The notes under the pieces: model-generated
Database searches by the model: none
What the model saw: the letters and a program-made list of their open reading frames with translations, nothing else
What the model was told of the DNA's origin: nothing
Origin: an uncultured Planctomycetaceae bacterium
GTDB lineage: Bacteria > Planctomycetota > Planctomycetia > Pirellulales > Thermoguttaceae
Length of the DNA: 64,000 nucleotides
Reading direction: 5' to 3'
NCBI GenBank assembly: GCA_964447865.1
Contig: CAYUUL010000006.1
Span: forward strand, 950-64,949
Made by a program: the position numbers and the translations under genes
Part shown: in pieces, positions 20,381-31,056 of the stretch
Position numbering within the stretch: the stretch's first letter is position 1
Layout: every line of letters begins with the position of its first letter

Positions 20381-21139
20381 TCAATTTTCGTTTTCAAGCT
20401 GTTCCAAAATTTCTTCCGGAATCGTAAAATTCGAAGAGACCGTCTGAATATCTTCATGTTCATCCAGAGCGTCGATAAGTCTCAAAGTTTTACGAGCTGC
20501 ATTAACATCTTTAATCTCTATCGTATCACGAGCAACATAGGTAATCTCAGAGTGAGTTGGGTGAATATCAGCTTTTTCAAGGTAGGCAAGAACCGCATCA
20601 AAATTTTCCGGCGTACATGTAACCTTATAAATGTCGTCGGTAGTCTCAACATCATCAGCTCCAGCTTCAATGGCAAGATCCATCATTTCTTCTTCACCTT
20701 TGACGGCGACGTCAACTTCAATAACGCCTTTACGATCAAAGTTCCAACCTACGCAACCAGATTGTCCCATCTTTCCACCACAAACCTCAAAGATCTTACG
20801 AACTTCAGGAGCAGTACGATTACGGTTATCAGTCAACCCGGCAGCCATAACAGCCACACCGTCAACGCCATAGCCTTCATACAAAACTTCTTCAAGTTCG
20901 ACAGGATCAAGTTCGCCGGTTCCACGCTTAATAGCACGGGTAATATTATCTTTTGGAAGACTCACAGCTTTGGCTTCATCAATAGCAGCGCGCAGACGAA
21001 TATTCTCATCAGGATTTCCCCCTCCCTGTTTAGCTGCAACAATTATAGCTTTCGCGAGTTTACTCCACAACTTACCACGCTTAGCGTCGACAAGAGCTTT
21101 CTTGTGTTTAATACCTGCCCAATGGGAATGCCCAGACAT
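20381..21139 (-). CDS. yebC: YebC/PmpR family transcriptional regulator
   Basis: N-terminus MSGHSHWAGIKHKKA (start at CAT 21137-21139). Conserved over the whole length. Confidence 0.9.
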   Translation of the reverse strand: MSGHSHWAGIKHKKALVDAKRGKLWSKLAKAIIVAAKQGGGNPDENIRLRAAIDEAKAVSLPKDNITRAIKRGTGELDPVELEEVLYEGYGVDGVAVMAAGLTDNRNRTAPEVRKIFEVCGGKMGQSGCVGWNFDRKGVIEVDVAVKGEEEMMDLAIEAGADDVETTDDIYKVTCTPENFDAVLAYLEKADIHPTHSEITYVARDTIEIKDVNAARKTLRLIDALDEHEDIQTVSSNFTIPEEILEQLENEN

Positions 21140-21531
21140 AATTAACCTCGACAAATTTCTTTTGTCACGACGTCAATCTCGAACGTTTTGTCTTTGCATT
21201 AGCTTTTGACTAAATTTGCTCGCAACGTTCCAAACGTACGCACCGTCTAAACGACGAATCCAATTCGGAGAAAGACGTCCTTCTTTACTTTCTTGTAAGA
21301 TCAAACAACGTTTATATTTTGTCAAACGTTAACCCAATCCTGTTCTTAGGTTAGGACCATCGACAGACAGCGCCGTTTGAACGAAGGACTAAGAAAACGC
21401 TCGACGTCTTCTCTTCATTCACGACGTTTTGGGAATAACTATCCGTGATCCGCGTTACGCAACTAGACGCAAACGGACGAGGCACGACAACACATGCCAT
21501 CTTGGATAATAAGCGTCCTCTCACGCTTTCA

Positions 21532-23244
21532 CTATTTACGTTTGACTGAACGCTTCGTGGTAGTCTTCCCTACGTCGGCATTCAAAACGTCTGGAGGCTC
21601 AGATGAAGTTTTCCGAGTCCTACCAGAAACCTTATCCTTCACCGAATTTTTTTCTTTTTTAATACAAAGACTTGATCCAGATTTATTAACTTCTTCAACT
21701 TTTAAAGCCTGCTTTTCAGGTTGAACACAACTCCCAGACTTACCCAATTTTTGATTCTTTTTAGGGGACGCAATCTCGCTTTTCGCGACTAAACTACGCT
21801 CACTATTCCCCGACATACCAAGCTCAACATCCTTACTGTTACTGGCTTTTACATGCTTACTCGACTTTTTACAAAGTTCAACAGAACCACTTACATCCTT
21901 ATTTTCACCCTTTTCAGACTTCCGTTTACACTTTGAAGAAGATAAGGTCGATAATGAGTCAGACTCATTTTGTAAATTCGCTTTTTCCTCGTTATTTTTA
22001 CTTTTATTTAAATTCTTATTAGTCGTAACCGAAACTTCAACAGTCGCAGTCCCTTCCCCCGTCTTATTGTCAGTTTCAACTTTACAACTCTTTTTTTTCG
22101 ACTTCACAGCTTTCGGCACAAGAGACGCTACCATCTTTTCCTGATTCTTACTTTTGTCAGGACAAGCAGACGGAACCACACGTTTTCGCGAAACTTTCTT
22201 CACAATATGTAAATCAGCTTCTACCGTAACATTATCGTTATTACGATATGTAGAACCAGAATCATTCAACTCAGTTTCTTCATTAGCATTCGAACGTCGA
22301 ACTGAACGAGTTTTAGAAGCCCCAACAGAAACACTATCAATCTCCCCCAAACCACCTTCTGTTCGATTCACAAATGACTCGACATCATCTTCAACATCTT
22401 CTTCAGTCTCACCACCAAATTCATCATCGGCCTCAATAGAAGTCGGCATCGCCTGTCCACTCTGACGCTGAGGTCGGAGTCTTCGAGCTATTTCACGAGG
22501 ATCAATCGGTTCACTTGACACAACAAGAGGCTCTTCTGAACGACTATCAACATCGGGATCCAACGAACGTAAAAACTTAAGAACATCTTCGCGTTTTTCA
22601 GGCGAAGCCAACTCAACCCCGAGTTCATGCAATGAAAAGAAGAATTTCCGTAAGTCACTATCCTTAAAGGCGTTCTTTAAACCTTTCACAACCTCTATTT
22701 CTCTCTCTTCTCCCTTTTCAGCGCCAACCTGTTTGGCCACCACGACCCCCCCTAACAATCGCAACACGCGCAATGAATATTCATCAAGGGGAACGTCCTT
22801 GCCTTCAATCGCTAAAAAAGAAACACACTCACACATAAAGCGAGTAACATAAGGAACAGTATTCAGAAATTTAACAATTTCATCAGAACCTTTCGCACGA
22901 ATATCCTCAAGATCAAACTTATAAGTTTTATCAAAGAGCCATTGCAAAGTTCTCCTCAATCTTTCTCCGACATTCAATGAGTCGGTAGTCATCGGAACCA
23001 CATTTGCAATTTCGGACGCAGTTGAAACTCGAATTTCGTTCCAATCAATGAAGTGACGTTGAAGTTCGACAAAAGCCGCTCGCGCCTGACCAAAAGAAGC
23101 ATTTTCTAAAAAAATAGCAAACACCAAATGGTCAAGAATTTTACGTTCATGAGACAAAACAGCAGGCTCGTCCGTATACCGTTTTTGTAACTTTTTGTAA
23201 AACGTCTTTACGTCAAACACGCTTGTTACGGTTTTCTTTGCCAC
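21532..23244 (-). CDS. HhH-GPD (endonuclease III-like) domain protein with acidic linker and K/S-rich disordered tail
   Basis: The N-terminal ~240 aa follow the EndoIII helix pattern (ILDHLVFAIFLENASFGQARAAFVELQRHF..EIRVSTASEIANVV..). No Fe-S Cys cluster is present. The C-terminal ~300 aa are lysine/serine-rich low complexity. Confidence 0.5.
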   Translation of the reverse strand: MAKKTVTSVFDVKTFYKKLQKRYTDEPAVLSHERKILDHLVFAIFLENASFGQARAAFVELQRHFIDWNEIRVSTASEIANVVPMTTDSLNVGERLRRTLQWLFDKTYKFDLEDIRAKGSDEIVKFLNTVPYVTRFMCECVSFLAIEGKDVPLDEYSLRVLRLLGGVVVAKQVGAEKGEEREIEVVKGLKNAFKDSDLRKFFFSLHELGVELASPEKREDVLKFLRSLDPDVDSRSEEPLVVSSEPIDPREIARRLRPQRQSGQAMPTSIEADDEFGGETEEDVEDDVESFVNRTEGGLGEIDSVSVGASKTRSVRRSNANEETELNDSGSTYRNNDNVTVEADLHIVKKVSRKRVVPSACPDKSKNQEKMVASLVPKAVKSKKKSCKVETDNKTGEGTATVEVSVTTNKNLNKSKNNEEKANLQNESDSLSTLSSSKCKRKSEKGENKDVSGSVELCKKSSKHVKASNSKDVELGMSGNSERSLVAKSEIASPKKNQKLGKSGSCVQPEKQALKVEEVNKSGSSLCIKKEKNSVKDKVSGRTRKTSSEPPDVLNADVGKTTTKRSVKRK

Positions 23245-23401
23245 TCTAATTCACCGATAGAAATTTATTGTAAATGAAAAAAAACGCAGAGGCACAAAAC
23301 CCAAGAAGCGTCATTGACTATTCAGCAACCAACACACTCGACGTTCTTTCCCAATGTAAAACGAAGTCAAACGAAAAAAACAATCACAAAGAAGAATAGT
23401 T

Positions 23402-23800
23402 TTAATCTTCTTCTCTCTCACATTCTTCACTTTCAACCTCAACCACCTCTGGATTCCTCTGTTTCCGCTCATCTGCCAAGATCTCGGTAATCCTCACGAG
23501 GTTTTTCACTCCTTCATCAACGAGAAATTGCAAAGTGGGAGTATAACGGGAATCAATACGCTTAGCAACTTTTGATTGCAGAAAACCAGCGGAACTTTGC
23601 AATCCCTTTTGCACAGTACGTTCCTTAGCTTCGTCTCCACGCGTCATAAAATAAACTTTAGCAGTACGCATATCTTCGGACACTTCAACTTTAGTAATCG
23701 TCGCTCCAACAGTACGCGGATCTTTAATTTCAGTCAAAAGAGCCATCGCAACCACTTCACGGATTGCCTCGGCAGCTTTAAGCGTTCGTCTCGACGCCAT
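23402..23800 (-). CDS. rbfA: ribosome-binding factor A
   Basis: RTLKAAEAIREVVAMALLTEIKDPR..VTKVEVSEDMRTAKVYF is a typical RbfA KH-like core. Confidence 0.9.
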   Translation of the reverse strand: MASRRTLKAAEAIREVVAMALLTEIKDPRTVGATITKVEVSEDMRTAKVYFMTRGDEAKERTVQKGLQSSAGFLQSKVAKRIDSRYTPTLQFLVDEGVKNLVRITEILADERKQRNPEVVEVESEECEREED

Positions 23801-23952
23801 ATAAGTCTATCTTTCTTTTACTAACTCTAAATACACAAATCATTCAAACCGCCTATAAGTCAACAAAGAAGACGAAAGGCAATTTGAAAAAATTCCCACT
23901 CCAACCAATCATCTTCCACGATTAAACTGGAGAGGGAAAACAGACGTATATC

Positions 23953-26900
23953 TCAGAAAGTACGAGCAATTTCCTCGATTTTGTAAGCTTCGAGAACGTC
24001 GCCCTCTTTAACATCATTATAATTTTTCAACTTCATACCGCATTCATATCCATCACGAACTTCCTTAACGTCGTCCTTTACACGTTTAAGCGTATCAAGT
24101 TGATATTCGCCGATAACACGTTGGTCACGAATAACGCGGATCTGACAATCACGTTCAATAACACCGGAAAGAACACGACAACCAGCAATAACACCTACGT
24201 GACTAATACTAAACGTACGTTGTACCAACGCGCGTCCAAGCTCTTTGACTTGTTCAATGGGCTTCAACATACCAACTAAAGCGTCATGAATATCTTCAGT
24301 CAACTTATAGATGATGTCGTAACGACGAATTTGAACCTGCTTTTTCTCAGCCAAAGCTCTAGCGCCTTCGTCAGGAACAACATTGAAGCCAACAATAATA
24401 GCATCAGACGCATCAGCAAGATGAACGTCAGCTTCCGTTATACCGCCGACAGAAGCCTGCAAAATCTTAACCTTAACTTCTGGATGTTCCAACTTACCCA
24501 TCTCTTTGCGAATAGCTTCAATTGACCCCCGAACATCCGCGCGAATGATAACATTCAGCGTCTGCTGTTTTGCGGAATTCATACGTTCAAAAAGGTTTTC
24601 TAACGTCACATGTCCAGGAGCGCCAGCAAGCTCAATTTCCCTCTCGCGCGCCTGTCGTTCTTCAGCTATCTGACGCGCGACAGAAATATCCTCCAAAACA
24701 ATAAACTTACTTCCTGCTTCCGGCGCAACATCCAATCCTGTAAGAGTGACGGGGACACTTGGACCAGCTTCCTGAATCCGTTGGAACGGAGGCAATGTAT
24801 CAGTCATCGAACGTACGCGTCCATAAGAAGATCCGCAAAGAACAATATCCCCGTTTCTCAAGGTTCCATTTTGAACCAAAGCTTTACAACAAACACCTTG
24901 ACCAGCTTGTAACGAAGCTTCAAGCACCACGCCTGTAGCACGACGATTTGGATTCGCCTTAAGTTCATGAAGCTCAGCAACTGTAAGCAGAGTATCAAGC
25001 AATTCGTCGACGCCCATTCCTGTCACAGCGCTCGTATTAACCACCTCGACGTCGCCCCCCCATTCACTTGGCATAAGATCATTATTTGCAAGTTCTTGAA
25101 TGACTCGATCACGGTTCACTCCGGGCAGATCCATTTTGTTCAAGGCAACAACAATAGGAACACCAGCAGCTTTTGCGTGACTAATAGCTTCCTCAGTCTG
25201 CGGCATGACGCCATCGTCAGCCGCAACAACCAAAACAGCCACATCAGTACAATTTGCGCCACGCGCACGCATTTCAGTAAAAGCCTCATGGCCAGGAGTA
25301 TCGACAAAAGTCACAGCGCCACGCGGCGTATCGACGCGATAAGCACGAATATGTTGCGTAATCCCCCCGCGTTCACCCGAAACAACATGCAAATGCAAAA
25401 TACGATCTAATAAGGACGTCTTACCGTGGTCAACGTGCCCCAAAAAAGTAACGACAGGCGCGCGAGGCACAAGCGATTCAGGCGCATCAACTTCATCAAA
25501 GACAGAATCGACATATTGTTCTTCAAGGGTTTCTTCCTCTTTGACAGTTGCTTTCAGGTTAAGCGAATCAATCATCAACTCCACCATTGCAGTATCAAGG
25601 AATTGATTCATCGTCTTAATAACGCCAATTTTCAACAACTCTTTGATAACTGTTGCAACAGAAACCCCGGTAGATTCAGAGAACTGTTTAACAGTACACG
25701 GCATCTGAATAACGACGTCCGAAACGCGAGGAGCAGTCACATTAGCTGAAGAACCTTTCTTTCCGCGCGTGCGACCAACTCGCGTGAAGCGAGGCTCATC
25801 ATCATCCGTAACAGAAAAGTTTTGGTTATTACCACGTCGTCGCTGATTTTCAGAATTTTTATTCCGAATATTCTCATTACCTTCAGAATCACGATCTCGT
25901 CCACCCTTTTTACGGTCGCCGCGTGAACCTTTACCACTTCCTCCCATAGGAACGCCAGCATCGACAACAGCATTCCGCCCAAAAGTCAGACCATTACGCC
26001 CGGCGCTAGAAAACTTACTATCTCGCCCGGAATTATCCCGACTACCAACATCTTTATTACCATCACGCGAACCTCGTCGATCCGCTGAACGTTTTTCGGA
26101 GTTATCCTTACTTTGATTCCGAGCATTCTTATCCATAAGATAAGAAGTAAGCCCACCACTCCCGGCAACATTTCGAGCACGACGCAACGCTTCTTGGGAA
26201 AACACTTGTACCGGTTTCTGAGCAGGTTCCTCCTGAACCTTTTTCGTTACCGGCTTCTGTGGGGCAGTTGGCATAGGCGCAAGATGAGGAATGAAACGTG
26301 AATTCGTATTTCCAGAAGATTTTGAACCACCATGTCCATTAGAACTGCCGCCACTCGTCGGACTATTCAAATTAACAACCTTCTTCTGTCCAACACCAAG
26401 AACACGCACTCTACCCGAATCGTGAGAAACATTCGTAATTTTAGGAGGTTCCTTCATTTCCTGTAAAGCTTTTGGGTCAGGCGTTAGATAGGAAGGCATT
26501 ACTGGTCGAACAGGGCGAGAATCAACCTGTTTACGATCATTCCCTCGATTACGATCATTCCCACGACGTTCGTCCTTGTTGCGTTGTTCGTTGTTTCGAT
26601 CACGACGGTTTGACACAGGAGAAGTGGCTGGCGTTTTTTTCACCACAACCTGAGAGACTACATTCGAACGCGTCACAACTGGTTTTCTATCTACAATTTT
26701 ACGCGAGTCGACTTTCAATTCTTCTTTTCCTGCACCTTCCTGTTTTACACTACAAGGCGCAAGTCCTTCTACTTTACCAGCAGTCACCACTTGAACCTCT
26801 TTCTTTTCACTTTCCTCAACAACAGAGCTCACTGAGTTTGAACCTATTGTTTCTTCAACCTTCGGCGTGTCAACACTCACATCATTCTTTTTGTCGGTAA

Positions 26901-27579
26901 TCACATCAATCTCAGAACGATCTTCACTGGAACATTGCACATCGTCTGCGACCAATTCTTTTTTTTCAGAATCAGACTTTTCAGAGCTTGAGACTGTTAG
27001 TTCAGAAATTTCCGAAACAGAATCAACCGACTCGGTTCTTACAACATTTTGTTTTACTAATCCGGCGTTTTCTGTTCCTACAAGTGAAACATCTGTTGCC
27101 ACCACAGAACCGCGCTCCAAAACTGACTCTTCATTATCAAGTTTCACACAACTCGGACTTTTCGCAAGCGACGCTTCTTTCAGCTCAGCAGATTCTGTTG
27201 CAACGGATGGAGCTACTTCATTTTTCACTTCACTAGTCTTATTTGAACCCTGTCGTTTACCACCAAGGATAGAGATCAGGCGATTTGGTCTCGGAGTCGT
27301 CAAGACGGGCTTGACACTCGGTTTAATAGCTTTAACCGCACCCGAATTCGAATTTTGATTCACAACTGGGCGAACCATCTCAAATTTTTTTTCTGCTTCT
27401 TCAACACGACTTCCTTCAGCTTCACCATTTACGAAGTCGGTTACTCGCCGAATCTCATCATTCGACAAGGAAGACAAGGGGTTGTTTTTATCATTAATCC
27501 CCAATTTTTTACAAGCATCAAGTAGAACTTTACTTTCTATTTGGAGTCTTTTGGCTAAAACGTAAATTCGAATCGTCAA
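23953..27579 (-). CDS. infB: translation initiation factor IF-2 (1208 aa, expanded N-terminal region)
   Basis: G domain: [26 protein letters not shown]2_N helix at the N-terminus. TTG start at 27577-27579. About 600 aa of low-complexity sequence precede the G domain. Confidence 0.92.
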   Translation of the reverse strand: MTIRIYVLAKRLQIESKVLLDACKKLGINDKNNPLSSLSNDEIRRVTDFVNGEAEGSRVEEAEKKFEMVRPVVNQNSNSGAVKAIKPSVKPVLTTPRPNRLISILGGKRQGSNKTSEVKNEVAPSVATESAELKEASLAKSPSCVKLDNEESVLERGSVVATDVSLVGTENAGLVKQNVVRTESVDSVSEISELTVSSSEKSDSEKKELVADDVQCSSEDRSEIDVITDKKNDVSVDTPKVEETIGSNSVSSVVEESEKKEVQVVTAGKVEGLAPCSVKQEGAGKEELKVDSRKIVDRKPVVTRSNVVSQVVVKKTPATSPVSNRRDRNNEQRNKDERRGNDRNRGNDRKQVDSRPVRPVMPSYLTPDPKALQEMKEPPKITNVSHDSGRVRVLGVGQKKVVNLNSPTSGGSSNGHGGSKSSGNTNSRFIPHLAPMPTAPQKPVTKKVQEEPAQKPVQVFSQEALRRARNVAGSGGLTSYLMDKNARNQSKDNSEKRSADRRGSRDGNKDVGSRDNSGRDSKFSSAGRNGLTFGRNAVVDAGVPMGGSGKGSRGDRKKGGRDRDSEGNENIRNKNSENQRRRGNNQNFSVTDDDEPRFTRVGRTRGKKGSSANVTAPRVSDVVIQMPCTVKQFSESTGVSVATVIKELLKIGVIKTMNQFLDTAMVELMIDSLNLKATVKEEETLEEQYVDSVFDEVDAPESLVPRAPVVTFLGHVDHGKTSLLDRILHLHVVSGERGGITQHIRAYRVDTPRGAVTFVDTPGHEAFTEMRARGANCTDVAVLVVAADDGVMPQTEEAISHAKAAGVPIVVALNKMDLPGVNRDRVIQELANNDLMPSEWGGDVEVVNTSAVTGMGVDELLDTLLTVAELHELKANPNRRATGVVLEASLQAGQGVCCKALVQNGTLRNGDIVLCGSSYGRVRSMTDTLPPFQRIQEAGPSVPVTLTGLDVAPEAGSKFIVLEDISVARQIAEERQAREREIELAGAPGHVTLENLFERMNSAKQQTLNVIIRADVRGSIEAIRKEMGKLEHPEVKVKILQASVGGITEADVHLADASDAIIVGFNVVPDEGARALAEKKQVQIRRYDIIYKLTEDIHDALVGMLKPIEQVKELGRALVQRTFSISHVGVIAGCRVLSGVIERDCQIRVIRDQRVIGEYQLDTLKRVKDDVKEVRDGYECGMKLKNYNDVKEGDVLEAYKIEEIARTF

Positions 27580-27623
27580 CTTACTAACTCTTTATTTCTT
27601 TATTGCTTATTTCACAAATTCGC

Positions 27624-27641
27624 TACGCGGCGCGCCGCGTA
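27624..27641. repeat. perfect 18-bp GC-rich palindrome tacgcggcgcgccgcgta in the infB leader
   Basis: It reads identically on both strands and lies 45 nt upstream of the infB TTG start. Confidence 0.9.
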
Positions 27642-27998
27642 ACTCGCAATCGCGCTTTTGTCCTCAAAAGGCCATTCACGTTCTAGGCAAAGACGCCCAA
27701 ACGCATACCACGGCTCGACAGTTCGACCATAAAGTCGAACCTGAACCAAGCCCCAAGTTTACACCAAGTCCGAGTTATCAACCAACTTGGAAGACAACCA
27801 AACAACGAATTACTCTATTCAAATTCTTCAAAAACACACCAACCGCGTTTTCCTTCCGTTTCCATCAAAAAACGCAATTTATTCATACCCACTTTCGGTT
27901 CTCGCTATACCAGAACCTCAAAATTCCTCCCCCTCTCATACAAATGATATAAAAAAACATCCAAACCTCAAGAGATCACACACAAGCTCCTGTGACAA

Positions 27999-29276
27999 TC
28001 ATTCAACGTCACCATCCCCCTTATTTTCCTCTTCTCGTTGTTCATGTCTTTGAAGATTCAACAAAGTCATATTATTTTCACGAGCATTTTCCTCCTCTTC
28101 AGCTCGTTCATCAGCAACTTGCACAATATAATTAACCTGTTCTTCCGACAATCTTCCCAAAGCAACCAGATCCTCAGGTTCAATAATCGAAAGATCTGAA
28201 TAAGAAAGATACCCCTGCCCAACGAGCACATTCGCAAGTTCAGCCGTAATTCCTTCAATAGAAAGAAAATCCTCGGTAGCTTTTTCAATCATCTTATCCA
28301 AATCTTCTCTCGTCATTACATCGATATCCCAATTTGTCAGTCGGGACGCAAGACGCACATTCTGACCATGGTTTCCAATCGCCACAGCTCGACATTCTGG
28401 TTGTACCAAAACAATAGCGCGCCCAATTTTTTCACAGAGTATAATCTCCTCAATCTCAGCAGGCTTGAGAGCAGAACGTATAAACTCTGTCGGCTCTTCC
28501 GAATAAGGAACAACATCAACGCGCTCCCCCCCTCCTAACTTTTTGTTTATAGCGCTAGAACGAGCTCCCCTAACTCCAACACAGGCGCCAACCAAATCAA
28601 TTCGAGGATCATCAGAATAAACAGCCACTTTCGTCCGCCGCCCAGCATCACGACTGACATTTTTGATACAGATAGTTCCATCGACAATCTCAGGAATTTC
28701 TTGTTCAAAAATTCTCTGAACCAACAAAGGGCGAGAACGACTCAAAATAACCTTAACAACAGCGCCATTTTTTTTGACGTCAACAATTAAGGCGGTAATT
28801 TTGTCGCCAGTTTGAAACTTTTCACGCGGAATTCTCTCTGAATGAGGCATAATAGCATCAACCCCACCATCTTCGAGAGCAACAGAAACCACTTTATTCC
28901 TGTCGCCTCCACGACTAACAGTTCCATTAACAAGAGTTCCAATCCTCGGATAGAACTTATCGAAGTTCATATCACGCTCTGCATCGCGAATCTTTTGAAT
29001 AAAAATTTGTTTAGCAGTCTGAGCTCCAGCGCGTTCAGTGATTTCTTCTGGCGTAAGAGGAACACCATCACGGTAAGCATTAATTTCGCCAGTATTCCTA
29101 TTTATATGCACCTCGACCAGACTATCATCATACCCGTCTCCATTTTTACGCGCAGCCATTGCCATAGCTTGTTCGAGAAAATCAAAAAGCATTTCACGAG
29201 GCACATGCCGCGTTCCATGTACCTCTTCAACGAATCTCAAAATACTTTTGGCTTTACCGTCGTTGTCACTTCTCAT
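27999..29276 (-). CDS. nusA: transcription termination/antitermination factor NusA
   Basis: N-terminal domain (PREMLFDFLEQAMAMAARK), S1 domain, two KH domains (GACVGVRGARSSAI; AIGNHGQNVRLASRL), and an acidic tail. Confidence 0.9.
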   Translation of the reverse strand: MRSDNDGKAKSILRFVEEVHGTRHVPREMLFDFLEQAMAMAARKNGDGYDDSLVEVHINRNTGEINAYRDGVPLTPEEITERAGAQTAKQIFIQKIRDAERDMNFDKFYPRIGTLVNGTVSRGGDRNKVVSVALEDGGVDAIMPHSERIPREKFQTGDKITALIVDVKKNGAVVKVILSRSRPLLVQRIFEQEIPEIVDGTICIKNVSRDAGRRTKVAVYSDDPRIDLVGACVGVRGARSSAINKKLGGGERVDVVPYSEEPTEFIRSALKPAEIEEIILCEKIGRAIVLVQPECRAVAIGNHGQNVRLASRLTNWDIDVMTREDLDKMIEKATEDFLSIEGITAELANVLVGQGYLSYSDLSIIEPEDLVALGRLSEEQVNYIVQVADERAEEEENARENNMTLLNLQRHEQREEENKGDGDVE

Positions 29277-29400
29277 GCTTTTAGCCGTTCCTCGCTAGAC
29301 GTTACAAAAAAAACGTTCGACATGTCGCAACTAAACAAATGCCGAAACATACTTGCGCAAATCGTAAACATATGCCACGACGACGTTGCAAGACGACACT

Positions 29401-29429
29401 AAAAAAAAAGGCGTCACCCTCGCGACGCC
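29401..29429 (-). terminator. intrinsic terminator in the nusA leader (candidate attenuator)
   Basis: The minus strand reads ggcgtc-gcgagggt-gacgcc followed by U9 (A9 at 29401-29409 on the plus strand). It lies ~125 nt upstream of the nusA ATG on the same strand. Confidence 0.6.
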
Positions 29430-29562
29430 GCCCGCAATGCACAGTGACAATCTCACTGTAATCGACCGACGCCGCACATAAACAACCGACCACGAATTGC
29501 ATCGAAACCTCGTCAATCGTCATCACAACAGCGTCAGACCATGTTTATACAGTCTGAACGGT

Positions 29563-29590
29563 AGTTTACTACGAATCATAAAGTCGTCAA
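29563..29590 (-). promoter_or_regulatory. sigma70-like promoter candidate: TTGACG, 16-nt spacer, TAAACT
   Basis: The -35 element is the reverse complement of 29585-29590 and the -10 element is the reverse complement of 29563-29568. Transcripts would start ~155 nt upstream of the leader terminator. Confidence 0.35.
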
Positions 29591-31056
29591 GAGCGCGCCA
29601 ACAACACTATGTTGCTTTTATACAATGGTCAAAATAACTTGTTCATTCACCAAGGTATTTTCTTATTTTATCCAAACTATATATTTTCACAATCGTATAT
29701 TTGCAATAAAGGTAAAAAAACAGAAACTGAAATGAGTTTTAAAATAGATTGAACAAAGATACGCTTTTGAACTTGTCGTTTCAGTTTGTAGACATACATT
29801 TTTTTAGTTGTCTCATCTGTATAAATCTGCTAAAAATACCAACCCAAAACCGACACGTTCTTTATTGATCAGAATTCTAACGTCCACCTATTAATCACAA
29901 ACCACACATTTTGTAAAAAAAGAATAACAATCTCCTCTAACATTCATTGTAATAAAATCATTCCATCATTTTTAAAATATAGACTCTAATGAAACCTTCG
30001 TATAAAAAAGTTTATTATCAAACATAAACAACAAATAATAAAACAATAATTATTTCAATCTAGTCTTAAAAAAACGGATCTCAAATACAATAGTCCCCAA
30101 TTCACATATTGTCGTTATCTTTCCTAGTATTCCTCCCCAAATTCAAAATGATTTGAAGAATTGAGACGCCGAAACATATGTGCAAATCAAATGTACTTTC
30201 GTAATTTCCATGTGAACGTGAACTAATATGAAGCACACAGCTTCTATGTAAATATCTAACATGAGTTATGTAATCTGTAAATGACATACACTCGCGTAAC
30301 GTTGATTAGTAACAAAAAAGTTTTTGCACTTACAGTCACTGTTTTCTATCGTCGGTATTTCAGAATCAAAAATCAGTTCTGTAATAAAACTCGGAAAATA
30401 TATTTGAAAACGATGAAAACACAACAACGCGAATTTACAGTTGTTTTTGACACGTCTCAAGGAAGCGGATGACATATTTTATGGCACACAAAAATGTCAT
30501 TTCGCGAGATAGTAATCAAACATACCAGTAACAACATAGCTGTAAGAATTGGCAAATAGGTTTTGAGAAACAACCGGTAAAAAAAGACCGATAGATAACG
30601 AAATAGATCAAAAGTGCAAATTATGATAACAAGTACATTACGCCTACTGAACAATATTTCACAGTAAGTTAATTACTGAAATTATCAAATTATTGTCATA
30701 CAGCCCGAATAAAAAAGAAAATATTTAGTTCATAAAATACGAAATACGTAAACGAAACAGATTCTTACGTCATAGAAATGCTTCTCTATGTCCGACCGTT
30801 TACCGGTAGTCGTTGTTTCGCTATTCAGAACGCCAAGTTAGGTTGGCAAGTAAAACAACAAGTTAAATCCACATTTTAATTAATAATTTGTCATAAACGT
30901 CACACGTTAATTGCGATAATGAATAGTATGACGACTCTTATGTTTCCAATTACTGTGTAAATATAGACACAAAGATTCATCAAGACCCAGTCAGTCCAAG
31001 CCAGACGAGTGTATTTTGGAATGGTACGAAAATGTCCAATCGCCAAATTTACGTTA

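Noticed and set aside
27787-28053. 88-aa plus-strand ORF in the nusA-infB spacer.
   Set aside because: It is on the opposite strand to the operon. The translation is proline/serine/threonine/asparagine-rich low complexity arising from the C/A-rich strand. It has no RBS and overlaps the 3' end of nusA.
29302-29526. 74-aa ORF upstream of nusA, considered as a possible rimP.
   Set aside because: It is too short, has no RimP-like sequence, and runs straight through the terminator hairpin and U-tract. It is more likely non-coding leader RNA.
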